Source: a virus
Lineage: Duplodnaviria; Caudoviricetes
Direction: 5' to 3' (one strand)
Length of the DNA stretch: 64,000 nt
IMG/VR virus record: IMGVR_UViG_3300038428_000448
Location: 557-64,556 of that record
Shown here: positions 19,317 to 27,911 of the stretch, piece after piece
Layout of the letters: each line of letters opens with the position of its first letter
How positions within the stretch are numbered: the stretch's first letter is position 1
Program-made: the position numbers and the translations under genes
Notes under the pieces: model-generated
Databases searched by the model: none
Told to the model about the DNA's origin: nothing
The model's input: the letters and a program-made list of their open reading frames with translations, nothing else

Positions 19317-20870
19317 ATGTGCGTAATAAAGCACAAGGGCAAAGAAGTTGGAAAAATTCCCGCATGCGCCGTAAACGCAGAAGCATATATAAATGAGCTA
19401 GCTAGTCATTATGGTGATCTCAACATAGAATATGTATATGATGCAAACGCTGCATTTTTAGCAGCTATGCATGGTGGTGTAAGAAGAGATATACCTAAAA
19501 TAGATTCCAATAATGAAGAAGAGGAAACCACTTCTCTTCAAGAAGCTTCTTTAAAAAAAAAGATTCCTAAAAATGTAAAGGTTTCGGATGACCCGAAATT
19601 AGTACGCAAGTACAATGACATAATTAAATGGTTTAATGCTAGTCGAGCTAAGCAAGCTAAGCAAGCAGGCAAAAAAGCTCCGGCACCACTCCCATTGGCT
19701 CAATTAATTAAACCAAGTCAATTGGCTGCCACAACTAAACCAACATCCAAGTTAGGTAAATTAATTCAAAAAGCAAGAGAAAAAGGACCCACAGGAGGTA
19801 AAATGGGTTCAAAACTTACAGCTCCTTCAATATATAAAATGCGGGTTGGAAAAGCTAGAGGAAAAGCACCATCACCTAAATCAGTAGCAGTAAAAACAAT
19901 TGAACCTACGATTCCATATGTGCCATTTGAACCTAAATGGAAAGAACCAAAGATTGACATTATCCGAGCACCGGAACAACCTGCTGTTCCTATAACGCAA
20001 CCCACCAAATTGCTTGCTCCTCCAGCACAACCTAAATTACTTGCACCGCCATCTGATGCAACACAACCGACAGCCGCTCCGACTCCAAAGGTAATAGCAC
20101 CACCACCGGAAACATTACCTGATACAACTCCACAGATAACAAAAGATTACAATGATACCACCCATTACTTTGACCTAAATACAACAAAACAATATGAAAT
20201 AGAAAGAAGGGCTAGGGATGAAACAGCAATTGAAAAACGTAACTTTCAAACAACAAACCCTGAAATGGTTGAGAGACTTTCAAAGTATATAGAAATAAGA
20301 AATAAAAGACTGGAAGAATGGAGAAAAAAATTAAAAAATGAAGTAATATCTCTTATTGAAGGTTTGCCTATGCATAAAATGATTCTTTTTTCTAGCGCAA
20401 GCCGAAGAACCAATGTGTTTATCCGCAAAGCAATGAAATTGGGAACAATGCATTACGGAATAATTGATGTAGGTTCGGAAACGCGGTGGGTTGACCGATT
20501 GGAATTTTATGGAGAAACTGCTACTCCTCAAAAAGACCTATTAAGAAGAGAACCTGCTCCAATGCCTTATTATGTTCCACCTGAAGCAAGAAAATTTAAA
20601 CATGAAAAATTATATGAAATTGATAAATTGATATACCGTATGATTGGTGTAACCGACAGACCGGCATTAGGTTTGTTTGCATTGGACAAAGCGTTGGTCA
20701 AATACAAATTTTTGGATAAATCCATATTTGGTTTTAAGGATGAAGAACCATTTACTCGCACTTGGGACCCATCAAAGGGTGGCCGCCCATTGGAAGAACT
20801 AAGAGAAGTTATACGCGAAAGAATAGCTGAAAAATTGTTATTTGAATATATACATTCTTCTGCGAAATAA
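19317..20870 (+). CDS. Multi-module Lys/Pro-rich hypothetical protein
   Basis: 517 aa; frame is open back to 19266, into the A9 run. Confidence 0.7.
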   Translation: MCVIKHKGKEVGKIPACAVNAEAYINELASHYGDLNIEYVYDANAAFLAAMHGGVRRDIPKIDSNNEEEETTSLQEASLKKKIPKNVKVSDDPKLVRKYNDIIKWFNASRAKQAKQAGKKAPAPLPLAQLIKPSQLAATTKPTSKLGKLIQKAREKGPTGGKMGSKLTAPSIYKMRVGKARGKAPSPKSVAVKTIEPTIPYVPFEPKWKEPKIDIIRAPEQPAVPITQPTKLLAPPAQPKLLAPPSDATQPTAAPTPKVIAPPPETLPDTTPQITKDYNDTTHYFDLNTTKQYEIERRARDETAIEKRNFQTTNPEMVERLSKYIEIRNKRLEEWRKKLKNEVISLIEGLPMHKMILFSSASRRTNVFIRKAMKLGTMHYGIIDVGSETRWVDRLEFYGETATPQKDLLRREPAPMPYYVPPEARKFKHEKLYEIDKLIYRMIGVTDRPALGLFALDKALVKYKFLDKSIFGFKDEEPFTRTWDPSKGGRPLEELREVIRERIAEKLLFEYIHSSAK

Positions 20871-20872
20871 AA

Positions 20873-21169
20873 CTAGACTAAAAAACTGTGTAACACTTTA
20901 ACTTTTTTTACAGGTTCGGTGGGCAAATCTTCTTGTTTACATGCTTCTATATAGCGTTTTATCCAACGCATAAAATATATCGCTTTGTCTTCGGCAAGAA
21001 AAGTTGCTTTACCTGTAGTTGCTTCTTGTATGGAAATTGGAAATAACAATCCATCTTGGTGCTGATACCAAAATTCATTATCTCTAAAGTAAGCAAATCT
21101 TACAACTTTATTGTCTTTTACCAAGTCAAGCATGTTGACTGTTTTTGGGTCCACGTAGGTATTACTCAT
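20873..21169 (-). CDS. Hypothetical phage protein
   Basis: 98-aa ORF, last gene of the minus-strand accessory run. Confidence 0.7.
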   Translation of the reverse strand: MSNTYVDPKTVNMLDLVKDNKVVRFAYFRDNEFWYQHQDGLLFPISIQEATTGKATFLAEDKAIYFMRWIKRYIEACKQEDLPTEPVKKVKVLHSFLV

Positions 21170-21299
21170 TATTTTGTATTGATATATTCTTTATAAACTT
21201 TGCAGAACATCTACCTTTATTACAATTCAAAATTAAATAGATGGTTCCATCATAGTAAATATAAATTCTGTTTTTAGCATAAATTTCAATTAGTTTCAT
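21162..21299 (-). CDS. Small 45-aa hypothetical protein missing from the ORF track
   Basis: MKLIEIYAKNRIYIYYDGTIYLILNCNKGRCSAKFIKNISIQNNE; fills the gap exactly and overlaps both neighbours by a few bases. Confidence 0.5.
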   Translation of the reverse strand: MKLIEIYAKNRIYIYYDGTIYLILNCNKGRCSAKFIKNISIQNNE

Positions 21300-21603
21300 T
21301 TTTTACAAACTTTCCTATGTTACTTTTTATGAAAATCTTTTTTTGACCATCCCAAGCATATATCCAACAATCATCCTGTTTATCGGATTTACAAAAGAAT
21401 ATGGGCGCGCCTTCATCACATTTGCCACCTTCATCAAAGATTACAAGTTTTTCTTTTTTTCCTTTTTTTCCTTTGCCATCAATATTACATTCACGTTCTC
21501 CCAAACAAACTAAAAACATATCTTTCATGGGACGTATCAAGTTATCTGATTTAAACTTGATGGATAGATTTTCCCATTGTGTTACAAGTTTTCTATTTGT
21601 CAT
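21286..21603 (-). CDS. Hypothetical protein, weakly SUKH/SMI1-KNR4-like C-terminus
   Basis: IFFCKS...IYAWD....IFIKSNIGKFV pattern; ATGA overlap with upstream gene. Confidence 0.5.
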   Translation of the reverse strand: MTNRKLVTQWENLSIKFKSDNLIRPMKDMFLVCLGERECNIDGKGKKGKKEKLVIFDEGGKCDEGAPIFFCKSDKQDDCWIYAWDGQKKIFIKSNIGKFVKNETN

Positions 21604-21941
21604 ACGCCGTCTTTGTCATCTTGTGTTGGTTGATCATTTGGCATTTCGCCACCTATAAATCTTATTTTGGGCGTCCATTTTCCTTTAATTCCACCACAAT
21701 TCTTTTCATTAAGAGTACAAGGTGAAACAAATGCTTCATCATAATGAAATAAGGCACCATCCCATTCCTTCTTTGAAGGAAACTCCATTATACCAATCGG
21801 TGTCCATTGAACTATTGGTTGGTCAAATAAATGCGAAACCTTGTATGTTGGACAATAAATATGCCAACGACGCCAACACCACCATGTAATGAATTCCCAC
21901 ACATCTTGTTTAATTACCCTCTTCGCACTCTTGGAGAACAT
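21600..21941 (-). CDS. Hypothetical Trp-rich protein
   Basis: 113-aa ORF in tightly packed run. Confidence 0.5.
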   Translation of the reverse strand: MFSKSAKRVIKQDVWEFITWWCWRRWHIYCPTYKVSHLFDQPIVQWTPIGIMEFPSKKEWDGALFHYDEAFVSPCTLNEKNCGGIKGKWTPKIRFIGGEMPNDQPTQDDKDGV

Positions 21942-22138
21942 ATTGGATGTTTTTCTATTTCCTCACCCAATTTTTCATAGTAACAATCGTCACAACAATA
22001 GCCCTCCGGACATTTATTTCTATCCGTAATAAAACCCTGTAATGGAATTTTGCAATATGCACAATGCTGTCTATGCTTATCATAAAAAGCATCCAATAAT
22101 CTTGGATTTTTAATTAACTCTGTAAGAGGGATTGCCAT
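21914..22138 (-). CDS. Small putative zinc-binding protein
   Basis: CAYC...CDDC in 74 aa. Confidence 0.6.
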   Translation of the reverse strand: MAIPLTELIKNPRLLDAFYDKHRQHCAYCKIPLQGFITDRNKCPEGYCCDDCYYEKLGEEIEKHPICSPRVRRG

Positions 22139-22339
22139 TTAATCTGTTCGTGTCAATATTTCCAAAGTGTCTCCACAATATTTACATTGGCGGACACCAC
22201 CAACTATAAAATCTTTTTTGTGAGAACATGGAAGTCTGATTTCCAATGTTTCCATTGGGTTTGTAAGCAAATCTTTTATTTTTTCAAGATCTGTTTCAGT
22301 CCAATCAATACTAAATATGCTTCGATATCTGATTTTCAT
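22139..22339 (-). CDS. Small hypothetical protein, possible zinc ribbon
   Basis: CSH...CKYCG in 66 aa; abuts neighbours. Confidence 0.55.
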   Translation of the reverse strand: MKIRYRSIFSIDWTETDLEKIKDLLTNPMETLEIRLPCSHKKDFIVGGVRQCKYCGDTLEILTRTD

Positions 22340-22344
22340 AACTA

Positions 22345-23568
22345 TTACATGAAAAATTTATTTTCCAATGGAACGGAAAGAACTTCATTATTCATTAAAC
22401 AAATTCGTTTTACCCTTACGTCAGCAATAGCGCCTCCTAATGACAGTGATTCCTTGTGATAACCTTCATACAATTTATGATAAAGTTCATTTACTTTTTC
22501 ATAATTTACACTCTTTGGAAGCGTGGTCGTTTTGTAAGCTTCATCCAATTTCTTTTGCGTGGATTCTGCAAATTCCATGACCTGCTCATAAGACCATGCA
22601 CCGTTTTTGACGGCCAAGATTTCTTCACGGTCAGGACGCTTGACAACAACCTTGTGGTCATTCAAGATTTCCAAACCCATTCGCATCAATCTGACAAGGT
22701 GTGAAGCATGTTTGGTATCATAACCGGATTTGACTTCCAATTCATGTCTTGCCGGATTCCTATTCTTCTTCCAATTAAGCCAAGAATTGTAAGCTTCCAT
22801 TTCCTTTTTGTAAAGTCTTTCCCTTTGCAGAATATCAACAATTTCTTCCTTCAAGTTGTATTCCTTGGACAAACGTTCAATGACACCGGCTTCATACATT
22901 TGAGGCCAATTACCTTCATTAACATCAACCTGTGAAACATTTTCAACGAGTTCCCAAATGGTTGATTTTAATTCATCGCGTTCCATTTCACTCAACGGAA
23001 ATTGTGAAAGATTCCAGCGTTCAACTTCGGACTTGATTAAGCCAAAGATATCGTTCATTTGCTTTGGACGTTCAGCCGGCAGACCAAAATCTTCTCTTTT
23101 TGGTTGCTGAATTTCACCACGAACAATCCATTTTCTATGTCGTTCAATTTTTTTGGCTTGTGCATACGCATAACCGGCGAAGGTAAACTTTGCCTTGGAT
23201 GATAGAAATAAATCTCTGTTCTCCATAAGAGCATCCATAGGAGAATGAAAAACAAAGTGGTCGGTTGGGTCAGTCCACAATAATTCAATGATGTTTGGAT
23301 TGACATTAGCGGCTAAAACCATGAACTTTTTCAAGGAATAAAGTGTGGATTCAAACTTAGGATTCTTTGGATTTTTTAAATGTGCCAAAAGTTCCTCAAT
23401 TGCAGGATTATTCTCCGCCTGCTCAAATCGGTGAAAAAGATTATTTTCCACTTCCTTTGGCGGAATAACAATACCCTTAACATCCACGTCTGATAACTCA
23501 TTGTTCAGGCCATAAGCTTGTGAACCGTGAAGGGTTATATAGATTGTATTTGGGACAAGCCACTTCAT
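22345..23568 (-). CDS. Pol-beta-superfamily nucleotidyltransferase (Nuc-transf/RlaP/YcgL-like)
   Basis: HGSQAYGL....SDVDVKG catalytic motif, NPNIIELLW, YDTKHASHLVRL. Confidence 0.88.
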   Translation of the reverse strand: MKWLVPNTIYITLHGSQAYGLNNELSDVDVKGIVIPPKEVENNLFHRFEQAENNPAIEELLAHLKNPKNPKFESTLYSLKKFMVLAANVNPNIIELLWTDPTDHFVFHSPMDALMENRDLFLSSKAKFTFAGYAYAQAKKIERHRKWIVRGEIQQPKREDFGLPAERPKQMNDIFGLIKSEVERWNLSQFPLSEMERDELKSTIWELVENVSQVDVNEGNWPQMYEAGVIERLSKEYNLKEEIVDILQRERLYKKEMEAYNSWLNWKKNRNPARHELEVKSGYDTKHASHLVRLMRMGLEILNDHKVVVKRPDREEILAVKNGAWSYEQVMEFAESTQKKLDEAYKTTTLPKSVNYEKVNELYHKLYEGYHKESLSLGGAIADVRVKRICLMNNEVLSVPLENKFFM

Positions 23569-23574
23569 GAAGAA

Positions 23575-23603
23575 AGTATATCAGAATGGGCGTAAAATGT
23601 CAA
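23575..23603 (-). promoter_or_regulatory. sigma70-type promoter, probably leaderless
   Basis: TTGACA-17 nt-TATACT, ending 6 nt before the ATG of the nucleotidyltransferase. Confidence 0.85.
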
Positions 23604-23607
23604 GCGT

Positions 23608-23952
23608 TCACAAAATATTATCTTGTAGTTCTTTTTTATGACCTTTTAAAAGACGAATTTTTGCTTTTTGTTTCCATTGGTCTGCTTGTAATTGCCATAA
23701 TAATTGAAGTTCATAATCAGATGCATTCCAATAATCATCAAGTATTCTGATTCGCCTTTTCAATCTATGCAATACCAATTTTTCATCAACATATTTACCC
23801 GTAATAAATCTACAATATTCACAACCACACTCTTTTCGCCAACATTGATGTGTATGGCGATTGCGCAAAATAGAAAACAAACGTTCAACTGTGTCACCAA
23901 AGCGAGCGTCTGCTTCCTTTTGAACACGGTGAAGTATTTCTTTAGGAGTCAC
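23608..23952 (-). CDS. Hypothetical Cys-containing protein (likely GTG start at 23952)
   Basis: N-terminus TPKEILHRVQKEADARFGDTVERL is paralogous to the upstream gene. Confidence 0.65.
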   Translation of the reverse strand: MTPKEILHRVQKEADARFGDTVERLFSILRNRHTHQCWRKECGCEYCRFITGKYVDEKLVLHRLKRRIRILDDYWNASDYELQLLWQLQADQWKQKAKIRLLKGHKKELQDNIL

Positions 23953-24142
23953 GGCAATTCTCACAAACTTCAATTAATTGACCTTTATAGTGTTGAAAAT
24001 ACAAACCATCACAATAACATCGCCTAACACAATTTTTTAGTTTTTGTTCATATTCCAAAAGAAAAAGAAGACGCTCGATGGTTTCACCAAAACGAGCGTC
24101 TGCTTCTTTTTGAACCCGATTATGTATTTGCTGGGGCGTCAT
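23942..24142 (-). CDS. Small Cys-containing paralog (likely start 24142)
   Basis: MTPQQIHNRVQKEADARFGETIERL; CxxxCxC and CxxC. Confidence 0.6.
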   Translation of the reverse strand: MTPQQIHNRVQKEADARFGETIERLLFLLEYEQKLKNCVRRCYCDGLYFQHYKGQLIEVCENCRDS

Positions 24143-24521
24143 CGGTCTTGGCTTCTGCCGGTTGGCCACCACCCTTTACCAATTCATACAATTTATCCCA
24201 CACGCCCTTTTCTGTAGCATTAGTGACTACAGTTTCAATTTTGGCAAGCTTCTCTTCCAATTGTTTTTTTGCCTTGAATGCTTTTTCAGAAAATGTTTCA
24301 GCTTTGGTTCCATCCGCCGCAATAGCTACTTGGTCGGGCTTGGAAGCCTTTCGCAAATCACGAAAAGTATCTTCCGATAGTTTGATTGCGGAGGCAAGAG
24401 CATCAGCTCTCTTGGTTACTTCTGCAGTAACCAATTTGTCCACAACCGCCGTTATTACTTTCTCAGAACCGAGCTTTTCAACTTGTTCTGCCACTGCTAT
24501 GTTTATTGATTTTGGTGTCAT
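24120..24521 (-). CDS. Helical hypothetical protein (start corrected to 24521)
   Basis: The ORF-track TTG start is the -35 box; the ATG lies 10 nt after the -10 box. Confidence 0.7.
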   Translation of the reverse strand: MTPKSINIAVAEQVEKLGSEKVITAVVDKLVTAEVTKRADALASAIKLSEDTFRDLRKASKPDQVAIAADGTKAETFSEKAFKAKKQLEEKLAKIETVVTNATEKGVWDKLYELVKGGGQPAEAKTDDAPANT

Positions 24522-24531
24522 AAGTGGAAAA

Positions 24532-24560
24532 AGGATACCACACCTTATTACAAAAGTCAA
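24532..24560 (-). promoter_or_regulatory. sigma70-type promoter
   Basis: TTGACT-17 nt-TATCCT with TG just upstream of -10. Confidence 0.7.
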
Positions 24561-24563
24561 TTA

Positions 24564-25562
24564 TTAAAGCGAACCGGCATTCCCCGTATGATATTGCTGC
24601 TCAATCCATTTGTAAGTAATGGCTAAACCTTTGTTTAATGACGTGTGTGGTTCCCAACCAAATACCTTCTTTATAAATGTATTGTCAGAATTCCGGCCAG
24701 CAACACCTTTGGGTGCAGTAAGGTCATAATGGCGATTAAGTTTTACACCTGCAATTTTTTCAATTTTCGAGAGTAATTCATTGACAGAAACAAGTTCGCT
24801 GGAACCAAGGTTTATCGGTGTAGCAATCAATTTGTCACAATGCATAATCATGTCAATACCTTTCACACAATCACTGATATACATAAAGCTTCGGGTAGCC
24901 GTGCCATCACCCCAAATAGTGATGTTCATATCCTTTTTATCAATAGCTTCAATGACTTTGCGGCATAATGCTGCAGGTGCCTTTTCACGGCCTCCATTCC
25001 AAGTACCATTCGGTCCATAAACATTATGGAAACGGGCCATAAACGTCTTCATACCACGTTCATGCCAATATTCCTGACAAACCATTTCTGAAAATAACTT
25101 TTCCCAACCGTAACCTCGCTCGGCCATTGCTGGATAAGCATCAGACTCTTTCAATGCTTGAACTTTGGGGTCTTGTTGTAGTAAAGTATTATATGCACAT
25201 GCAGAACTTGAAAAGAAATAACGATTTGCTCCTGCTTTATAGGCGGCATCAATCATATACATATTAATAAGAACCGAACGCATGCATTCCACACGAAACC
25301 GTTCTATAAATCCCATACCGCCCATATCGGCCGCAAGTTGATAAACTTCAACCGCACCTTCACAAACACGTTTGCAATTTTCCTCACTACTTACATCAAA
25401 ACAAAGATTGGTCACACCGGGAACCCGAAGACACCATTCGTAAAGAGGTTTCTTATCCACTGCTCGAATGTTGTTAAAACCTCTTTTTTTAAAATATAGA
25501 GCCAAATTCCCACCTATAAACCCACCTGCACCGGTGATAACAATTAAATCATTTTTTTTCAT
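24564..25562 (-). CDS. NAD-dependent epimerase, GDP-mannose 3,5-epimerase-like
   Basis: TGAGGFIG, LAADMGGMGFI, SSSACAY, YGWEK, GGREKAPAALCRK. Confidence 0.92.
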   Translation of the reverse strand: MKKNDLIVITGAGGFIGGNLALYFKKRGFNNIRAVDKKPLYEWCLRVPGVTNLCFDVSSEENCKRVCEGAVEVYQLAADMGGMGFIERFRVECMRSVLINMYMIDAAYKAGANRYFFSSSACAYNTLLQQDPKVQALKESDAYPAMAERGYGWEKLFSEMVCQEYWHERGMKTFMARFHNVYGPNGTWNGGREKAPAALCRKVIEAIDKKDMNITIWGDGTATRSFMYISDCVKGIDMIMHCDKLIATPINLGSSELVSVNELLSKIEKIAGVKLNRHYDLTAPKGVAGRNSDNTFIKKVFGWEPHTSLNKGLAITYKWIEQQYHTGNAGSL

Positions 25563-25570
25563 AGTTAAAA

Positions 25571-26095
25571 TTATTTTGATAAATTTTCAAACGGCTTCTC
25601 ACAAAGCAAATCTACAAACACCATGATTTCCTTGTAAGTTTTATCATCCTTGGAAAAATTCCAACGTTTGGTGGCTACTTCATCGATATAATCCTTCAAC
25701 GAAGAACCAAATTCTTCTGAACGAGCTTTCCAATCACATACCATTTCCGCCACATAAACTCTTGGCATTTTTTGTATTTCACCCCAATATTCCGGGTGGT
25801 GTGGATTGATTTTGCGATGATGATTGACTGCCATTTTCATCTTCAATTTGGCAGATTCTTCTTTGGTAGGGGCGCCGGGAGCCATGTTATCCCATTCAAT
25901 TCCATGAAATTTTGATGCGTCATGAACAAAACCGTTGGCTATCAGGTCGTGGCCCAATTCTATTTCACCGTTCATTATTAATTTTTCACCAAGAAGAAGG
26001 CAATTGTCTTCAACATTGCGCATATGCCGGGTAATACCACGAATTTTCTCCATAGTTTTTTCGGCTTCCTTGTGGATTCTCTCGGTCTTTTTCAT
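25571..26095 (-). CDS. DUF5662-like HD-fold protein
   Basis: HDASKF, HH...N.HHPEYW, EMVCDW motifs. Confidence 0.8.
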   Translation of the reverse strand: MKKTERIHKEAEKTMEKIRGITRHMRNVEDNCLLLGEKLIMNGEIELGHDLIANGFVHDASKFHGIEWDNMAPGAPTKEESAKLKMKMAVNHHRKINPHHPEYWGEIQKMPRVYVAEMVCDWKARSEEFGSSLKDYIDEVATKRWNFSKDDKTYKEIMVFVDLLCEKPFENLSK

Positions 26096-26099
26096 ATCT

Positions 26100-26615
26100 T
26101 TATTTCCAAAATTCTCTTATTTTCATCAACAATTTACCAAGGTTATTTTGCCCACCCAACTTGATATCCACACCCCAAAAGGTATCTTTCCAATGATTTG
26201 TTTCTTCCAAAAACTTGTTGCCTGTATCGAGAAGTTTTTGACGCAATTCCTTGTTTCTGTAAAATTTATCAAAAAGTATGATAGACATTACCTCATATCT
26301 TCTACCATCCCATTCCTCTTTTGAGGAATCCATCAATGGATGTTTCTTCCATTCCTTTTTTGATTGATTGGAAGAGCAAGCTTGAAGATGATGGCGAAAA
26401 TCAGAATCTATCTTTGCAGCTTGATAAGCATTTTCCGAAGACGGATATAACAATCCTTCAAAATATACAGGACACCCATGAAAATTTGACAGCCACCGAT
26501 AATCACCAAAGAAACCTTTAACATTGTCGTTATCATGAATGGCATATAATTTCCAATCGCCAAATTTGTAGAAATTTCCCACAACAGGAGTTTCGTTAAA
26601 CATTAATTCTGACAT
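26100..26615 (-). CDS. NADAR (YbiA-like) family protein
   Basis: WLSNF, YPSSENAYQAAK, LLDTG...LEE...W.DTFWG, GQNNLGKLLM.IR. Confidence 0.93.
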   Translation of the reverse strand: MSELMFNETPVVGNFYKFGDWKLYAIHDNDNVKGFFGDYRWLSNFHGCPVYFEGLLYPSSENAYQAAKIDSDFRHHLQACSSNQSKKEWKKHPLMDSSKEEWDGRRYEVMSIILFDKFYRNKELRQKLLDTGNKFLEETNHWKDTFWGVDIKLGGQNNLGKLLMKIREFWK

Positions 26616-26731
26616 ATATTTTGACGACTTAATCTCTAAGTTCTCTTCTCCGAACCAAATATTTCAAAATCCAACTTCTTTGTTGGAGATATTTATACTG
26701 CTCAATCAATTTAGAAAACCAATATGATGAT

Positions 26732-27166
26732 TTAGAACTTTCCATCCGTAATCAGAACTCTTGTTAATTCCTTTGTTTTAATGCGAATCTTCTTTTCTTT
26801 TGTAAACTTGGCTTTCAACCCTTCAAACAGTTCAACAAGATTGGTCATCATGTGTTTTTTCCGCTTGGCGGCCTCGTTTTGAGACTTGGCTGCATCTTTC
26901 AATTTGCTAAGAATCAAACCAGCATCAGCATCGGCTTCTTGCTGAACCACCCAACCGGCGATTTCTTTTCCGGTCAGAAATCCCTCTTTATCATTCAAAA
27001 CGATAACATATTCCCATTTTTGCTTTGGACCGGCTGTCGCAGCATTGTCGGCTTTAATTTCTTCAGCGACTTCCTCAAGTTCTTTGATGACTTCAGCGAC
27101 TTTAATAGGGTCAAAATGCTTTTCAAGCAATTTCGCTTCTACTTCTTCAATGGCTATTTTACTCAT
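26732..27166 (-). CDS. Hypothetical protein, first gene of accessory operon
   Basis: 144 aa, AAGGA Shine-Dalgarno and sigma70-type promoter upstream. Confidence 0.75.
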   Translation of the reverse strand: MSKIAIEEVEAKLLEKHFDPIKVAEVIKELEEVAEEIKADNAATAGPKQKWEYVIVLNDKEGFLTGKEIAGWVVQQEADADAGLILSKLKDAAKSQNEAAKRKKHMMTNLVELFEGLKAKFTKEKKIRIKTKELTRVLITDGKF

Positions 27167-27193
27167 TTTTATATTCCTTTTGTTGACGTTAAA

Positions 27194-27222
27194 ACAATAT
27201 CACAAAATCAATGGTTTGTCAA
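27194..27222 (-). promoter_or_regulatory. sigma70-type promoter
   Basis: TTGACA-17 nt-TATTGT with TG just upstream of -10. Confidence 0.7.
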
Positions 27223-27238
27223 TGGAAACATGGACAAT

Positions 27239-27270
27239 AAAAATCCCCATAGTATAAACTATGAGGGAAA
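27239..27270 (-). terminator. Probable intrinsic terminator ending the head operon
   Basis: Minus strand CCTCATAGT-TTAT-ACTATGGGG followed by ATTTTT. Confidence 0.6.
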
Positions 27271-27303
27271 TCAAATTATTGTAATATTGAGTTAAGTATT
27301 ATT

Positions 27304-27651
27304 TTATTCCCATATTCCTTGCCCACCTTCTTCTTCTATCATGTCTCTAGCCGTTTCCATAGCTTGCTGAATGGCAGAATCATATTTACCGTCTTTTAAC
27401 AAAACCTCTATTGCATCCAATCCATTAGCAAAAGTCGCAGTATCAGCCAAATCGGCTGATGATAATCCAAGTCTTCGTTCCAAAACCGTATCTATCAATT
27501 TTACGGCAGTTTTTCTATCACCAAGTTCTTTTCGCCATTTTTCAAGTGTAGCAATGCTTTTTGGAGATAATGCTTCATTCACTCTTTTTTCAAACAATTT
27601 AGCTTGTTTTACAATTTCTGAAATTATCAATCTTAATTGTGATTTTTTCAT
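27304..27651 (-). CDS. Hypothetical protein with leader MKKSQLRLIISEIVKQ...VNE (start corrected to 27651)
   Basis: ATG 4 nt after upstream stop; leader resembles those at 13431 and 31885. Confidence 0.7.
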   Translation of the reverse strand: MKKSQLRLIISEIVKQAKLFEKRVNEALSPKSIATLEKWRKELGDRKTAVKLIDTVLERRLGLSSADLADTATFANGLDAIEVLLKDGKYDSAIQQAMETARDMIEEEGGQGIWE

Positions 27652-27655
27652 AATT

Positions 27656-27910
27656 TTAAAATATTTTATCCCAACAAGAATTACAAATCCCACTTTTGAG
27701 GATTTCTCGTTCGTCAGGCTTTAGATATGGAAAGGCATTTTGAATCAACGTACCTGCACGCCATCTTTCATAATCACGTTTTTCAACTGTCACCGAATTC
27801 TCTTTTTTACAAAGAGGACATATTCTCTTAATTGTTATTTTTGAAGAAACATCTATCTCTTTTACAAGTTTGAATTGATTTCCATTAACATTTTCAAATA
27901 GTTTCTTCAT
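27656..27910 (-). CDS. Zinc-ribbon-like small protein with N-terminal leader
   Basis: CPLC...LIQNAFPYL...ERE...SGICNSCWD after MKKLFENVNGNQFKLVKE. Confidence 0.7.
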   Translation of the reverse strand: MKKLFENVNGNQFKLVKEIDVSSKITIKRICPLCKKENSVTVEKRDYERWRAGTLIQNAFPYLKPDEREILKSGICNSCWDKIF

Positions 27911-27911
27911 T

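Noticed and set aside
26616-26731. tRNA or ncRNA in intergenic gaps
   Set aside because: No cloverleaf or T-loop signature seen here or in other gaps.
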